Program-made: the position numbers and the translations under genes
Notes under the pieces: model-generated
Seen by the model: the letters and a program-made list of their open reading frames with translations, nothing else
Told to the model about the DNA's origin: nothing
Databases searched by the model: none
Shown: piece by piece, positions 25,110-37,264 of the stretch
How the letters are laid out: the number at the start of each line of letters is the position of its first letter
How positions within the stretch are numbered: position 1 is the first letter of the stretch
NCBI RefSeq assembly: GCF_006345805.1
Contig: NC_043006.1
Span: forward strand, 22,692,001-22,756,000
Length of the DNA stretch: 64,000 nt
Source: Octopus sinensis
Lineage: Eukaryota
Direction: 5' to 3'

Positions 25110-25440
25110 CTCAGGTTTGGTCTTATTCCTGATAGAATTTATTAGGATAATGGGTTAATACTTGCAACATTAGATTTCCACAAGCTTTCAATAATCTTTC
25201 AAGTGCTCAAAACCTTTCTGATAAACTTTCCTGTCCCTAAGAGGCACTTTTCTGTAGAAGCTCTACAGAGCATTACATTTTAATTTTCTTCAACCATTTG
25301 TATATATCATAACCCACAATTCCTAATGCACCAATTACAGCTTTCATATTCCAAATTCTCACTATTTCAGATTTTGAGGGATTGTATTTAAAAAAGTTTT
25401 TCATCTCTTTTAACCATAACTCCCCTCTCCCTCCAAATTG
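25110..25440 (-). mobile_element. 3' remnant of an R4/Dong-type LINE
   Basis: EIVRIWNMKAVIGALG...QKSASLGT...RKVLS in degenerate frames. Confidence 0.6.
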
Positions 25441-26694
25441 CAGGTCAAAATTAGAAAGAATTAATTTTATTATTTTTTGTTATTATCATTATTTTTATTG
25501 TTTGGCAAAATCATTAGTGTGGTAGATAAATTACTTTGCATTTCTTCCAACTTTGTATGGCTTTCTTCTTCTTGGTAGTCCATCAATCTCCGATGAAGAC
25601 AGTCTGTGGTCTCAGCAGTCAGCAGTGGGAATGCATGTGGTTCTGTAGCCCAAAGCCAGAAGTACACAGGCGCCTGCAGGTTGGATACTGGTAGTCTGTG
25701 ATCAGGACTGAGAATGATGTAGCCCAATAACGTCTGTCTCTTGCGGCTGAAAGGCATTGCCATCAATCCACCTCAAAGGTAGCTGCAGCAGTGTTGGTGA
25801 TTGACCTCCAGGTAGCCTTGTTTGATGGTTGCGGTCTGACTAATAGCATGGGAGTTAATAATGCTTATTACCAAGGTTGGAAGTATCATTACTCTGTATG
25901 TAGTGAGTTCAAATATTACTGAGGTTGATAAAATAAGGTACCAGTCAAGCATTGGAACAGGGATCAATGTAATTGACAAACCTACTCTCCCTAAAAAATT
26001 GCTGTCTTGTACCAAAACTTGACACAATTAATTTTATTATTATCAATGGGTTTTTCAACGTGAGACCTTTTCTTTTTTCGAAGCGTCTCCTCTATTTGGA
26101 GTATTGTAAATTGTTGAATTTTTTCGTTGTTGTAAAGCTTGTTTACACGGACTTTTTTCTTTCAAAAAACGGACAAAACCTTTTGTAACCTTTCGTCCTG
26201 TTTTGTCCCTTTATGTTTTCCAATCGTATTTGTCAGCCCTTGTGGCCAATAAAAAGAATTAATTATTATTATTATTATTGAATGAGAGAGCAGCACACAC
26301 TATCAAAGTGATGCTGGGGTACAAATATACAAAGTCCAATTTACCCATCATGACTACCTGTCTGACAAGGGTACACCAAGCACATGCATCACAACCATAT
26401 GTGCATGACATGGTGATTTCATATCAAGATAAACAGCACATGAACTTGCAGGTGAGTTAAGGCAGCGAGCTGACAGAAATACTAGCAGACTGGACAAAAT
26501 GCTTTGCTGTATTTCATCCGTCTTTACATTCTAAGTTCAAATTCTGCCAAAACTGACTTTGCCTTTCAGCCTTTCATGATGAATTGAGTACCAGTGGAGT
26601 TCTGTGGTAGATGTAATTGACTTAACCCCCTCCCCTAAAATTTCAGGCCTTCTGCCTATACTAGAAAGGATTATCATTATTATTCGCTGAAAAT

Positions 26695-26965
26695 TTCCAG
26701 CTTATTTTGCTGGGCATGATGAAAAGTGTCAGCTGCCCACACCCAGCAGACTATGGTGAAAATTGTTTATAGATCATGCTTTAAGAACCCTGCAGAGAAC
26801 TCTTGCATTTCCAAGCAATGCTGATTTTTGTATGTGTTCTATCTTTACATTTGTACTAATTTTTTTGATCCACATTGGTAGTTGAGCAATGATACTTCCA
26901 AATGCACGAATCGCTTTTGGTATCACGTCCACTCTCTTCATTGCCCACAACATATTTCCCACTTC
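26695..26965 (-). mobile_element. 3' remnant of an R4/Dong-type LINE
   Basis: ORF 26774-26962 (IPKAIRAFG...QKSALLGNARVLCRVL) resembles the end of the 18226 element; followed by AATAATAATGATAAT on its sense strand. Confidence 0.7.
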
Positions 26966-27383
26966 AATTCCTTGTTGTTACTCTTTACTTGTTTCAGTCA
27001 TTCGACCATGGCCATGCTGGAGCACCACCTTTAGTCAAGCAGATCGACCCCAGAACTTGTTCTTTGCAAGCCTAGTACTTATTTTATCGGTCTATTTTTG
27101 CAGAGACCGTTTTTCTGTTCTTGTTTCGTATACATTCGATCCTTTTTCCAAGAAATCTAATGCTCGTAGCTTAGTTTTTCCTTGGGGCTGGCTGGATCGG
27201 AGCAATCTCAAGATTAATCAGCCGAAATTGCAAGGATGATCTGGTTCTTGACTGAAGATTAGAGGCTTCGAATGACCCGTACATTTTTTGTGTCGTCTAT
27301 TTGAATGTTTTGCGTTCTTGTCCCATTTTGTATTTTTATACATATATTATTGCGTCGTAACGTACACCTTGTTCTCTTCTATG

Positions 27384-27423
<40 letters not shown>

Positions 27424-29489
27424 TACGACAGGCTTCTTTCAGTTTCTGTCTACCAAATCCACTCACAAGGCTTTGGTCGGCCCGAGGCTATAGTAGAAAA
27501 CACTTACCCAAGTTGCCACGCAGTGGGACTGAATCCGGAACCATGGGGTTGGTAAGCAAGCTACTTACCACACAGCCACTCCTGCGCCTATTGTTCATGT
27601 TCATTTTTCATAAATTGTATGGCTTGGATAGGCTAGCAGTACACTCTCATTTGAGAAAGGCATGACAATCACAACTTATCATTTTCACTCAATTTAAAAA
27701 TCAAAACAACAAACAATAACAACACTTCAGCAAAATTGATTCAGTCGACACAACAACAATAGTATAATTATATATGATTACACTACACACAAACACTAGA
27801 CAAAAATGCTTAACAGAATTTTATGTTCTGAGTTCAAATACTGCAAAGGTCAATCTTGCCTTTTATCCTTCCAAAGTCAAGAAAACAAATACCAGATGAA
27901 CACTGAGTTCAATGCAGTCAACTAGCTCCTATCCCAAAATTTCAAGCCATGTACCCAAAGTAGAAAGGATTATTGTGGTTAGTTGAACCTTTTTACTCTT
28001 TTACTTGTTTCAGTCATTTGACTGTGGCCATGCTGGAGCACCGTCTTTAGTCGAGCACATCGACCCCAGGACTTATTCTTTGTAAGCCTAGTACTTATTC
28101 TATTAGTCTGTTTTGACGAACCGCTAAGTTACGGGGACGTAAACAAACCAGCATCAATTGTCAAGCGATGTTGGGGGGACAAAAACAGACACACATACAC
28201 ACAAATACATACATATATATACATATACATATATATGACAGGCTTCTTTCAGTTTCAGTCTACCGAATCCACTCACAAGGCTTTGGTAGAAGATACTTGG
28301 CACACAGTGGGACTGAACTCGGTACTATGTGGTTGGTAAGCAAGCTACTTACCACAGAGCCACTCCTACACCTATTATATTATTATATAATAAATAAATG
28401 ATTGTTAGCTATGTGGAATTTTACTTCACAACCAAGGGTGTTCAGGTTCAGTTCTACTGCAAGACACCTTGGGCAAATGTCTTCTGCTATAGCCCTGAGC
28501 CAACCAAGACCTTATTGTCATCATCATCCTCATCATCATCATTTAACATCTGCTTTCCATGCTGATACGAGTTAGACAGTTTGACTAGAAATGGTAAGCT
28601 ATAGAGCTGCACTAAGTTCCAGTCTGATTTAGCATGGTTTCTACAGCTGGACACCCTTCCTAATGCCAACCACTCCAAGAGTGGAATTCATGAATAAACG
28701 AATTTAATTAATGAACCTAATAGACAGAAACAGATAAAGGCAGTGATCTGGCAGAAACGTTAGCATGCCAGGCGAAATGGTTAGCGGTATTTCGTCTGCC
28801 ACTACGTTCTGAGTTCAAATTCCACTGAGGTCAACTTTGCCTTTCATCATTTCAGGGTCAATAAATTAAGTACCAGTTACACACTGGGGTCGATATAATC
28901 AACTTAATCCATTTATCTGTCCTTGTTTGTCCTCTCTGTGTTTAGCCCCTTGTGGGTAGTAAAAAATAGGTATTTCGTCTGCCGCTACGTTCTGAGTTCA
29001 AATTCCGCCGAGGTCGACTTTGCCTTTCATCCTTTCGGGGTCGATTAAATAAGTACCAGTTATGCACTGGGGATGATATAATCGACCCCAGTGCGTTAAT
29101 TGGTACTTAATTTAAAGGATGAAAGGCAAAGTCGACCACGGTGGAATTTGAACTCAGAACGTAACGGCAGACGAAATACCGATAAGCATTTCGCCCGGCA
29201 TGCTAACGATTCTACCAGCTCGCCGCCTTCCTAGGTGAAAATATATAGTGATGGTAACACAAGTAGAGTTCCCTTGCATCCCCATAAGATTCTGGAATCC
29301 TTACCATTCCAACCAATATAATATTACAAACAAATACACATAAAATGGGATTTACAGTCCAACAAGACAAAAGTACTCATAGCAATATCTCCTCTCTTGA
29401 ATACAAGCTGCAGTAAAATTTGAACTATGCAATTATGCCCTGAGTGGTCCAGCACCTTTACCTCACAGCCACTGTGAAGTTAAGCGCTG

Positions 29490-29904
29490 GGATCTTTTCG
29501 GTTTGAACGGCAGTTTTTCTAGCGGTGTCATATGAAATTGTCACCCATAATTATGACCCTAGTATCGATCTATTGCATTTCAATCTGTTTTAGGGTTAGG
29601 GTTAGGGGTGGGGGAAGGGTATCTTTTTTTTCTTCACAAATGTAAATAAACCCAATCTGTTTCTTAAACGAGGGACATATTCATACGGCACAGAATGTTG
29701 TTTACCTCAATGGATGTCAGTGATTGGTTGAAATTGTAGAAATTGAAGAAAAAAACAACAAATATCTTACAAACTATAGAATTTTCTCAATTAAGCCAAG
29801 AGAAAAAGATGTTTTATAAACACATTCTACCAGTATACGAAGCTTAAAATTTTTTACTTACCTAGAAATTATGTTAAAAATTGGCATTCAAACCAAAAAG
29901 ATCC
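29490..29904. mobile_element. Mutator-like MITE with 9-bp TSD, containing (TTAGGG)3
   Basis: TSD TAAGCGCTG at 29481-29489 and 29905-29913; ~29-bp TIRs GGATCTTTT(C/T)GGTTTGAA...; telomeric hexamers at 29590-29607. Confidence 0.85.
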
Positions 29905-29956
29905 TAAGCGCTGAACTTATTTTTCAATTGTTATTTATCAAATTGTCTTTACTAAC

Positions 29957-30054
29957 CTGAAGATGTGGAAATTCACCAAAGTTCACACTTAAATCCGTTA
30001 GTTTGTTTAATGGTAGTTTAAGTTGTATCAGACGACTGAATGATTTAAATGCCT
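29957..30054 (-). CDS. XRRA1: XRRA1-like exon 4 (EAFKSFSRLIQLKLPLNKLTDLSVNFGEFPHLQ)
   Basis: CTCTTTTAG acceptor, GTTAGT donor, 98 nt phase 1-0; matches recalled EAFHTFPALKELDL...GDFKLL. Confidence 0.92.
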
Positions 30055-30737
30055 CTAAAAGAGATGGGAGGGGGAAAAAAATATCAGAAAATACATGTAC
30101 TATTATTGATTTATTGACATTAAAGAACTGTGTATACTTGAGAAATAGGAAGACTGGTGGAAGACCTTGCTTTCAATGCCCCAGCAGAAAAATATAAAGG
30201 AAAAGCAGACAGGCAGCATGTAGACAGACAGACAAGCAGACGGGGGAAGGGGAGAGAGAGAGAGTCAGACAGACAGGCAGGCAGACAGGGAAAGTAGGTT
30301 GGTAGACTGGCAGGCAGAAAAGAAATTAGACAGATTGACAGATGTGATAATTAAAGAGATAGACAGATAGAATGATGGATATTTTAAACAGACAGGCAAA
30401 GATGAGACAGATGGATTGATAAACAGATAGAGGGACAAACAGACAGAGGCATGAGCTATTTCCTTTGAACACTATTCCTGCCTTGTAAGTATTCAGTGAG
30501 GATCTTCAGTAAGTTTATAGAATGCTCATAATCTCTCTTTTACTCTTTTACTTGTTTCAGTCAGTTGACCGCGGCCATGCTGGAGCACCGCCTTTAGTCG
30601 AGCAAATCGACCCCGGGACTTATTCTTTGTAAGCCCAGTACTTATTCTATCGGTCTCTTTTGCCGAACCGCTAAGTGACGGGAACGTAAACACACCAGCA
30701 TCAGTTGTCAAGCAATGCTAGGGGGACAAACACACAA

Positions 30738-30784
<47 letters not shown>

Positions 30785-31754
30785 CGACAGGCTTCTTTCA
30801 GTTTCCGTCTACCAAATCCACTCACAAGGCATTGGTCGGCCCGGGGCTATAGCAGAAGACCCTTGCCCAAGATGCCACGCAGTGTTCATTTTTTAAACAT
30901 TTTCTGCAGCTTTGGTTTCTCTTTTTGCCCTCAACTTGTCAGAGAAAAGTCTGAGTTTGTTAATGATTTCTATGGTTAATTGTCCTACAGATGAGAAAAA
31001 TTTCTTCCAAAACCAGTGAGGAGGGTATTTATAGGCAAGCATTTCGAAACAAGCAGCTGCTCTTCCCTGATTAGAAATTTACAATTACACCAATAATAAT
31101 TGGTGCAGGTGGTTTTGTTAATAAATTTTCTAAGTGACAATCTAGGAAAGCTAGGATTCCCAAGCAAAGAAAATTACAAATTGTCACACACTGCAAAACA
31201 GAAACAGTAAAAATGTGCATTTATAAGACTTTTCTAAAGCTCAACATGTAACTCTTATCATTGTTGTTAGTCCAAATTCCAATGGAGAAGTTTTATTTCC
31301 TTGTTAGAAACTAGTTCCTTCTTTGTAGAAATAATTAAATAATTATAACTGAATAATAGACACAAATCATATATGCATACAGCAAGATATGGTAGTGATT
31401 TTACTTAGCTTGGTGTGTTTTCTCAAGTACAGTAAATTGTCCGAATTCCCAGTCCTTTGTCATTTCCTCAGTGAGGCCCAGCATCCAACGATCCTTTCTC
31501 ACCACTTTGTCCCATGTCTTCCTGGGTCTACCCCTTTCACAGGTTTCCACCACAATTCGAGCTCGGCAGCAAAACAGAAATAAAATTTTAACATTTATTC
31601 TTTCTGTGTAGCCTGGTCCAGTACCAAATGATCCATGGCCTGAAACTGATTTACAGCCTGGTGGTTGGAGACCCCTATTCTACAGGGTTAGCAATTAATG
31701 AGCAAAACTGTTAAAAAAAAAAAAAAAGAATTTGAAAACTTCATTCTCACATAC

Positions 31755-31899
31755 CTAATTTCAAAGAATTATCTTCAGCATCAATGACTTCCAAGTTTGT
31801 GAAGAAATGAAAATCTTCAGAATTGGCAAGATTTAGCCCTTGGTTTGAGATTTTTAAGCTGAATAGTTCTTCTGGATCTGTAACTTTGCAATGTTTCAG
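31755..31899 (-). CDS. XRRA1: XRRA1-like exon 3 (LKHCKVTDPEELFSLKISNQGL...IDAEDNSLKL)
   Basis: CCCCTTCTAG acceptor, GTATGT donor, 145 nt phase 0-1; matches recalled LKHHCVRKPSDL...INASENLLPL. Confidence 0.92.
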
Positions 31900-33567
31900 C
31901 TAGAAGGGGAAAAACAATAAACTGAAAATTTAAGGAAAAAAAGTAGAATAACAACATTTATAAAAAGTGATTCCAATTTTGGAGTAACCCAAGTCTCAAT
32001 TTCAGCTGAAGGTAAATAAAACTTATTTCTATAATAAACTATATTATTCATTATTATCTAACAAAAGCTATAATATAGTATATTCTATAATACACTAAAT
32101 TCTATAATATAACAGTGTGTTCTATAATGCAGTTTATTCTACATCAAAATAGTGTATTCTACAATATAGTATATTCAATAATATATGACTATAGTCTATT
32201 ATATAATTGTGTATTTTCTTAAGTTATTAGATATGATGTGTATATAAACAGTTTAGTTACTTGTTTTGCTGGGATTGGTCAAATACCACCAAGGCCGAAT
32301 TTTACCTTTCATCCTTTCGGGGTCAATAAAATAAGTACCAATTGAGCAGTGGGGTTGATGTAATCTACTTACATCCACTCCCAGAAGTGGTAGCCTTGTG
32401 CCAAAATTTGAAACCAATATTTACTTCTTTTGCCAAAACATAACCCAATTTTGGGGTACCAATCCATCAATTATAGTATATTTCCATTGCTTATACTTTG
32501 AAACCGTAGTTAATGAAAAATAATGCTGATTACCTGGGTTTAATTCTATGGTGAAGAAGACTGTTGTTTCTACACTATAAAAGGAGGAGGAGGAGGTATG
32601 TTTTTACATTGTAGAAAGAAAATAAAAATGTTATTTAAACTTATGTAAAAATATATCATAATCATATCAGGCTTGGAAAATTCTTTAAAAAGATTGGCTC
32701 TTTCTTTGTCTTTCCACAAAAGTATCTATCTGGCAAAGCAACCAGCTTATCCTCTAAAGAATTAAACTGGTAACTTATAGCAACTAAAACTAAATACATT
32801 TAAGGACATTTTTAAAAAGATTTTTGAGACATTCCTTTATGGATTTTGCTTTCTAGATATGGCTTGGATTTCATTACTGGAATTAATCTTTGCACATAAT
32901 ACAGTATTGAACTGGTACAACTGTTGTACTCCGTAAGATTGCAGCTATGTACTTGATAACACCTTAAGGGTTTAAATATTCTTTTCTACTCTAGGCACAA
33001 AGCCCTAAGGGTTTAAATATTGTCTTAAGATAAGGTGGCAAACCGGCTGAATCATTAGCATGCGGGGCAAAATGCTTAGCGGTATTTTGTCCGGCGAGCT
33101 GGCAGAAACATTAGCACGCCAGGCGAAATGCTTAGCCGTATTTTGTCTGCCGCTACGTTCTGAGTTCAAATTCCGCCGAGGTCAACTTTACCTTTCATCC
33201 TTTTGGGGTCGATTAAATAAGTACCAGTTATGCACTGGGGTCGATATAATCGACTTAATCCGTTTGTCTGTGCTTGTTTGTCCTCTCTGTGTTTAACCCC
33301 TTGTGGGTAGTAAAGAAATAGGTATTTTGTCCATCTTTACATTCTAAGTTCAAATTCTGTCACTTTTGGGGCCAATATAATAGACTTACCCCTTCCCCCA
33401 AAATTGCTGGCCTTGTGCCAAAACTTGAAACCAATATTGTCTTAGGTAAATCAGTTTCAGTTTTTGTGTCTAATTTTAACTGCATAGAGCATATAAATAC
33501 AAATAAAATAGCCTGTATAATATCTATAGTACGTGTGAAACTATAAATTTTTTGTTTAGTTATGTTT

Positions 33568-35839
33568 TATGAAGGTTGTCCTGAAGTGGGTGTAACATTT
33601 TTATTAGTTGACTTATGGCTTTCAAACAGCACATGTTAGTAGAGTAACTCTTCCTCCATGCAAAGGTACTACTCAACATAGTCTCCATAAGAAGCAATGC
33701 ATCTGTGCCATCACTGAACCCAACTCACAAATTCGCTTTCAAAAAATTCAAGTGTGCACTGTTATAACCAATTTTTCACAGTCACTTTCCCCTTCTTAGC
33801 ATCATGAAATTATTGTCCCAGGAGAGTGTCCTTCCTCACACCAAACAAATGGAAGTTAGAGGGTACCAGATCTGGATTGTAAGGTGGATATCATCATCAT
33901 TGTTCGACCATGGTTGAGACAATGGAATTTACTATGTTACGTCAGATTTCACGGTCCATCATAGCATTACGGAGGTCCTGTTGCTGGATGCCTGTATCCC
34001 TGGAGATTACATCAGGATAGGAGAGTGTGCGCCCTCTGGTATCGCGAGCAGATGGCTTCCAGAGGAGAAGAGTTGAAATTACCTCGTTTTCAGCTCTACA
34101 ACAATGTCCAGCAAACTGGACTCTTCTACCTTTCACAAGAGATGATACAGGTGATAATTTCCCATATATTTGTACTTTGGTTGGATGACGCTTCCACGAG
34201 AGATTTTGAGCTCTCATAAGGAGGCGAGTGTAAGTTCCATCCAACCGCCTCTCAAGCTTCTTTGATAACGTCCAGGTTTCTGAGCCATATAGTAGAATTG
34301 GTTCGACTGTGGCTTCGAAATCCTCTAGGAGGGTAGTAGTAACCTATCCAGTCCATGCTAGTATGGAAAGCAATGTAAAAACTATAATGATTATAATGAT
34401 TATGAAGAAGATGATGATAATGATGACAATTTCTAAATATCTTAATGCATTCCAAGACTTGTACTCTGCAGCAGAAATGTCAAGACCGATCCTTATGGTG
34501 GTGTAAAGCACTCATGGCAATGCCACATAAAAGTGCCCATGCAGGGCCATGTCAGAACACTCATGTGGTGTTCTTCTTGGTTCGAAGAAAAAAATAAAGG
34601 GAAAAAAAGTGGGGATAAGGTAACCACTGACTAGGCCAATTTGCTGATTATCTGATTCCTAGGCAAAGATGTGTTGTTGTTGTTGACCTTCAGTGCAGTT
34701 GAACAACTAATCCCAACCAATCGGGATTCACAGTATTGGTTATACTATTCATCGTTTTGATCACTGAATATAAGACATAGCTTATAAGACCTCCATTCAG
34801 GTGATGTTCCTGAGTTACCATCTCACCCTTATATGCCAATCCATCACACGGTTACCCCTTTACAGCTGGGTGGATGGATACAACATGAAAGGAAATGTTT
34901 TCCTCAAGAACACAGCACAGCTGATCTGGGAATCAAAACCATGATCTCATGAAGGCATGATTCCCTAACCATGGGGAATGTGGATCATTTTTAAGATTCT
35001 TGTTTGGTCTCTTCCTTCTAATGGCTTCCCTCATCTCTTTGAGTGTCCCAATGTAGGGCTTGCTGTTCATGGTACAGCCATATTCCAGAAAATCGAGGAG
35101 AATGATGCATTTTCATACCCTCAAAACAGTCATCATGACTCTCTATGCCGACCGCTAGCTCTTGAACTTCTTAGGCCTTGGAGAAATGGTGTGATGCCAT
35201 TCCATGGACAGACCTTTGTTTCTGGATCATAAAGACATAGCCACATTTCATCCCCAGCTAACGATCTGGAAAAAAAAAAAGATATTTATCTTCACTGGCT
35301 TCAAATAATTCCTAAAAATCTTAGCAGACTTTCACTCTTTTCTCCCTCAGATCAGGTGTTTGCTGCCAAGGTGCCCAATTTGGACACTCTTTCCAATACC
35401 CAAAGTCTTCCAGCATGTTCTTCTGTAATGCATTGTGTGGCAAGCTCATGAATTGTGACTCATCTGTCATCATAAATGACTTCATCTACTTGCAAGCAAT
35501 TCATATCAGTGGGTGCAGTTCATGGGTTTCCACAGTATGGTTTGTGCTCAGAGATGGTTTCCCCTTCTTTAAACGTCTTCATCCATCTGTGCACATTACT
35601 TTTATCAATGGTGTCATCTCCAATAAACAACCCGTAGCCTTCTATAAATGTTAGACAGTCTGCAACCCTTCCTACAAGAACTCACAGCACATTGCTTCTC
35701 CTTGGAACCCATTATTTGTCTGTAATGAAGAAGAAAAGGATGAAGAGTTGCTTTAAAGGAAGTGTGCAATTTGAACAATGTATGCCAGCTAATAAAAAGT
35801 TACACCTACCTTTACATTACTTCCAGTACGACCCTTGTA
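33568..35839 (-). mobile_element. Decayed mariner (DD34D) transposon with nested RTE and SINE insertions
   Basis: AGDEMW..YDPETK motif near 35200-35260; YPPYNPDLVPSNFHLF...GDYVE at 33665-33890; TIR-like ends TATGAAGGTTGTCCTGAAGT and TACAAGGGTCGTACTGGAAGT. Confidence 0.8.
33895..34325 (-). mobile_element. 5'-truncated RTE-type LINE 3' fragment
   Basis: ORF 33942-34244 (YTRLLMRAQNLSW...FAGHCCR...LLLWKP) ending in a (GAT)n tail. Confidence 0.8.
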
Positions 35840-35975
35840 ATTTACTACTATAAAACTCCTAGCTTTAATCAGAAATATCCTGAAAGTCAACAAACTTAAG
35901 CATATCAAATTGCATGAGGTAACAATTTTGAAACAAATCAAATTATTGGTATGACTGAAACCTTGTACAACTTAC

Positions 35976-36148
35976 AATATAAGGAGTATCAAAAAGAAAA
36001 GAAGATTTTTGCCAAATGCCTTTGGGAGATTTTCTTTGTGTATGTTGTTTTAATCGTTCTTTGATTTCCTCATTGGACATAATCTTTGTTTTTAATACAG
36101 TATTGAGACGGCGCAGCTGTTCTGCTTTGTAAGACTGTAGCCATGCAC
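35976..36148 (-). CDS. XRRA1: XRRA1-like exon 2 (GAWLQSYKAEQLRRLNTVL...FLFDTPYI)
   Basis: GTGTATTACCAG acceptor, GTAAGT donor, 173 nt phase 1-0, open frame, bridges exons 1 and 3. Confidence 0.88.
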
Positions 36149-36799
36149 CTGGTAATACACAAAAGAAGTGGTTTTTCAGTCAGGGCTTTTTTTTTTTAAT
36201 AATATGCTTCAGACTAAAGTAGATGTGCTATAGTGACAGTGTGCATGTGTGCGCAAAAATTGATGGTAGTCATCAGAGTAGATGTGCTAAGGTTACAGTG
36301 TACTTGTGAATGCAACAACTGATGATAGTGATCAAAGTATATCATCATCATCATCATCATCATCATCGTTTAATGTCCGTTTTCCATGCTAGCATGGGTT
36401 GGACGGTTCAACTGGGGTCTGGGGAGCCAGTAGGCTGCGCCAGGCCCAGTCTGATCTGGCAGTGTTTCTACAGCTGGATGCCCTTCCTAACGCCAACCAC
36501 TCCGAGAGTGTAGTGGGTGCTTTTTATGTGCCACCTGCACAGGTGCCAGACGAGGCTGGCAACGGCCACAATCGGATGGTGACCATATCATTATGATAAG
36601 CAGTGAGAACAGTGTAAAATTCTGTAAAATCACTGTGTGCCTCACTAGCTTCCAGTATTTAGTTCAAGACCTACTGTTGGAGGGGAAAAGCAGCAAATAG
36701 CCACTGCTATATCATTATGTTAACAAAGAAAGTAAACATTACATTTACCACTTCTGTAAGATAGTGACAAGCAAAGCAAACAAATGCCAACCTTTATGT

Positions 36800-37065
36800 A
36801 CATACCAAATATGTATGTATGTATGTATGTATGGTATGTATGTATGTATGTATGGTATGTATGTATGTATGTATGCATGTATCTATGCATGTATTGTATG
36901 TATGTATGTATGTATGTATGTATGTATGTATGCATGTATTGTATGTATGTATGCATGCATGTATTGTATGCATGTATGTATGTATGTATGTATATGTATG
37001 TATGTATGTATGTATGCATGTATTGTATGCATGTATGTATGCATGTATTGTATGTATGTATGTAG
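36800..37065. repeat. (TATG)n compound microsatellite (also 15600-15678, 16305-16385)
   Basis: Direct reading; source of several spurious ORFs. Confidence 0.98.
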
Positions 37066-37232
37066 GCATAGGTGTAGCTGACTGGTAAGAAGCTTGCTTC
37101 CCAACCACATGGTTCCGGGTTCAGTCCCACTGCATGGCACCTTGGGCAAGTGTCTTCTACTATAGCCAACCATAGCCTCATGAGTGCATTTGTTAGACAG
37201 AAACTGAAAGAAGCCTGTCGTATATATATATA

Positions 37233-37264
<32 letters not shown>

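Noticed and set aside
27250-27290. CTGAAGA...TTCGAATG hammerhead-like string (inverted copy at ~38305-38345)
   Set aside because: No GAAA (A15.1 missing) and no helix I pairing found; at most a decayed PLE-type end.
32535-32575. 41-nt minus-strand segment with acceptor and donor
   Set aside because: Not a multiple of three, so inclusion would shift the frame; no recognisable XRRA1 similarity.
35810-35879. Exon-like segment (IFLIKARSF...) with AG/GT ends
   Set aside because: Overlaps the mariner TIR, and its phases do not fit exons 2 and 3, which already join in frame.
36720-37181. Multiple 90-150 aa ORFs (YIHT/MYVC repeats; similar at 44900-45550, 46506-46739)
   Set aside because: Translations of microsatellites and SINEs.
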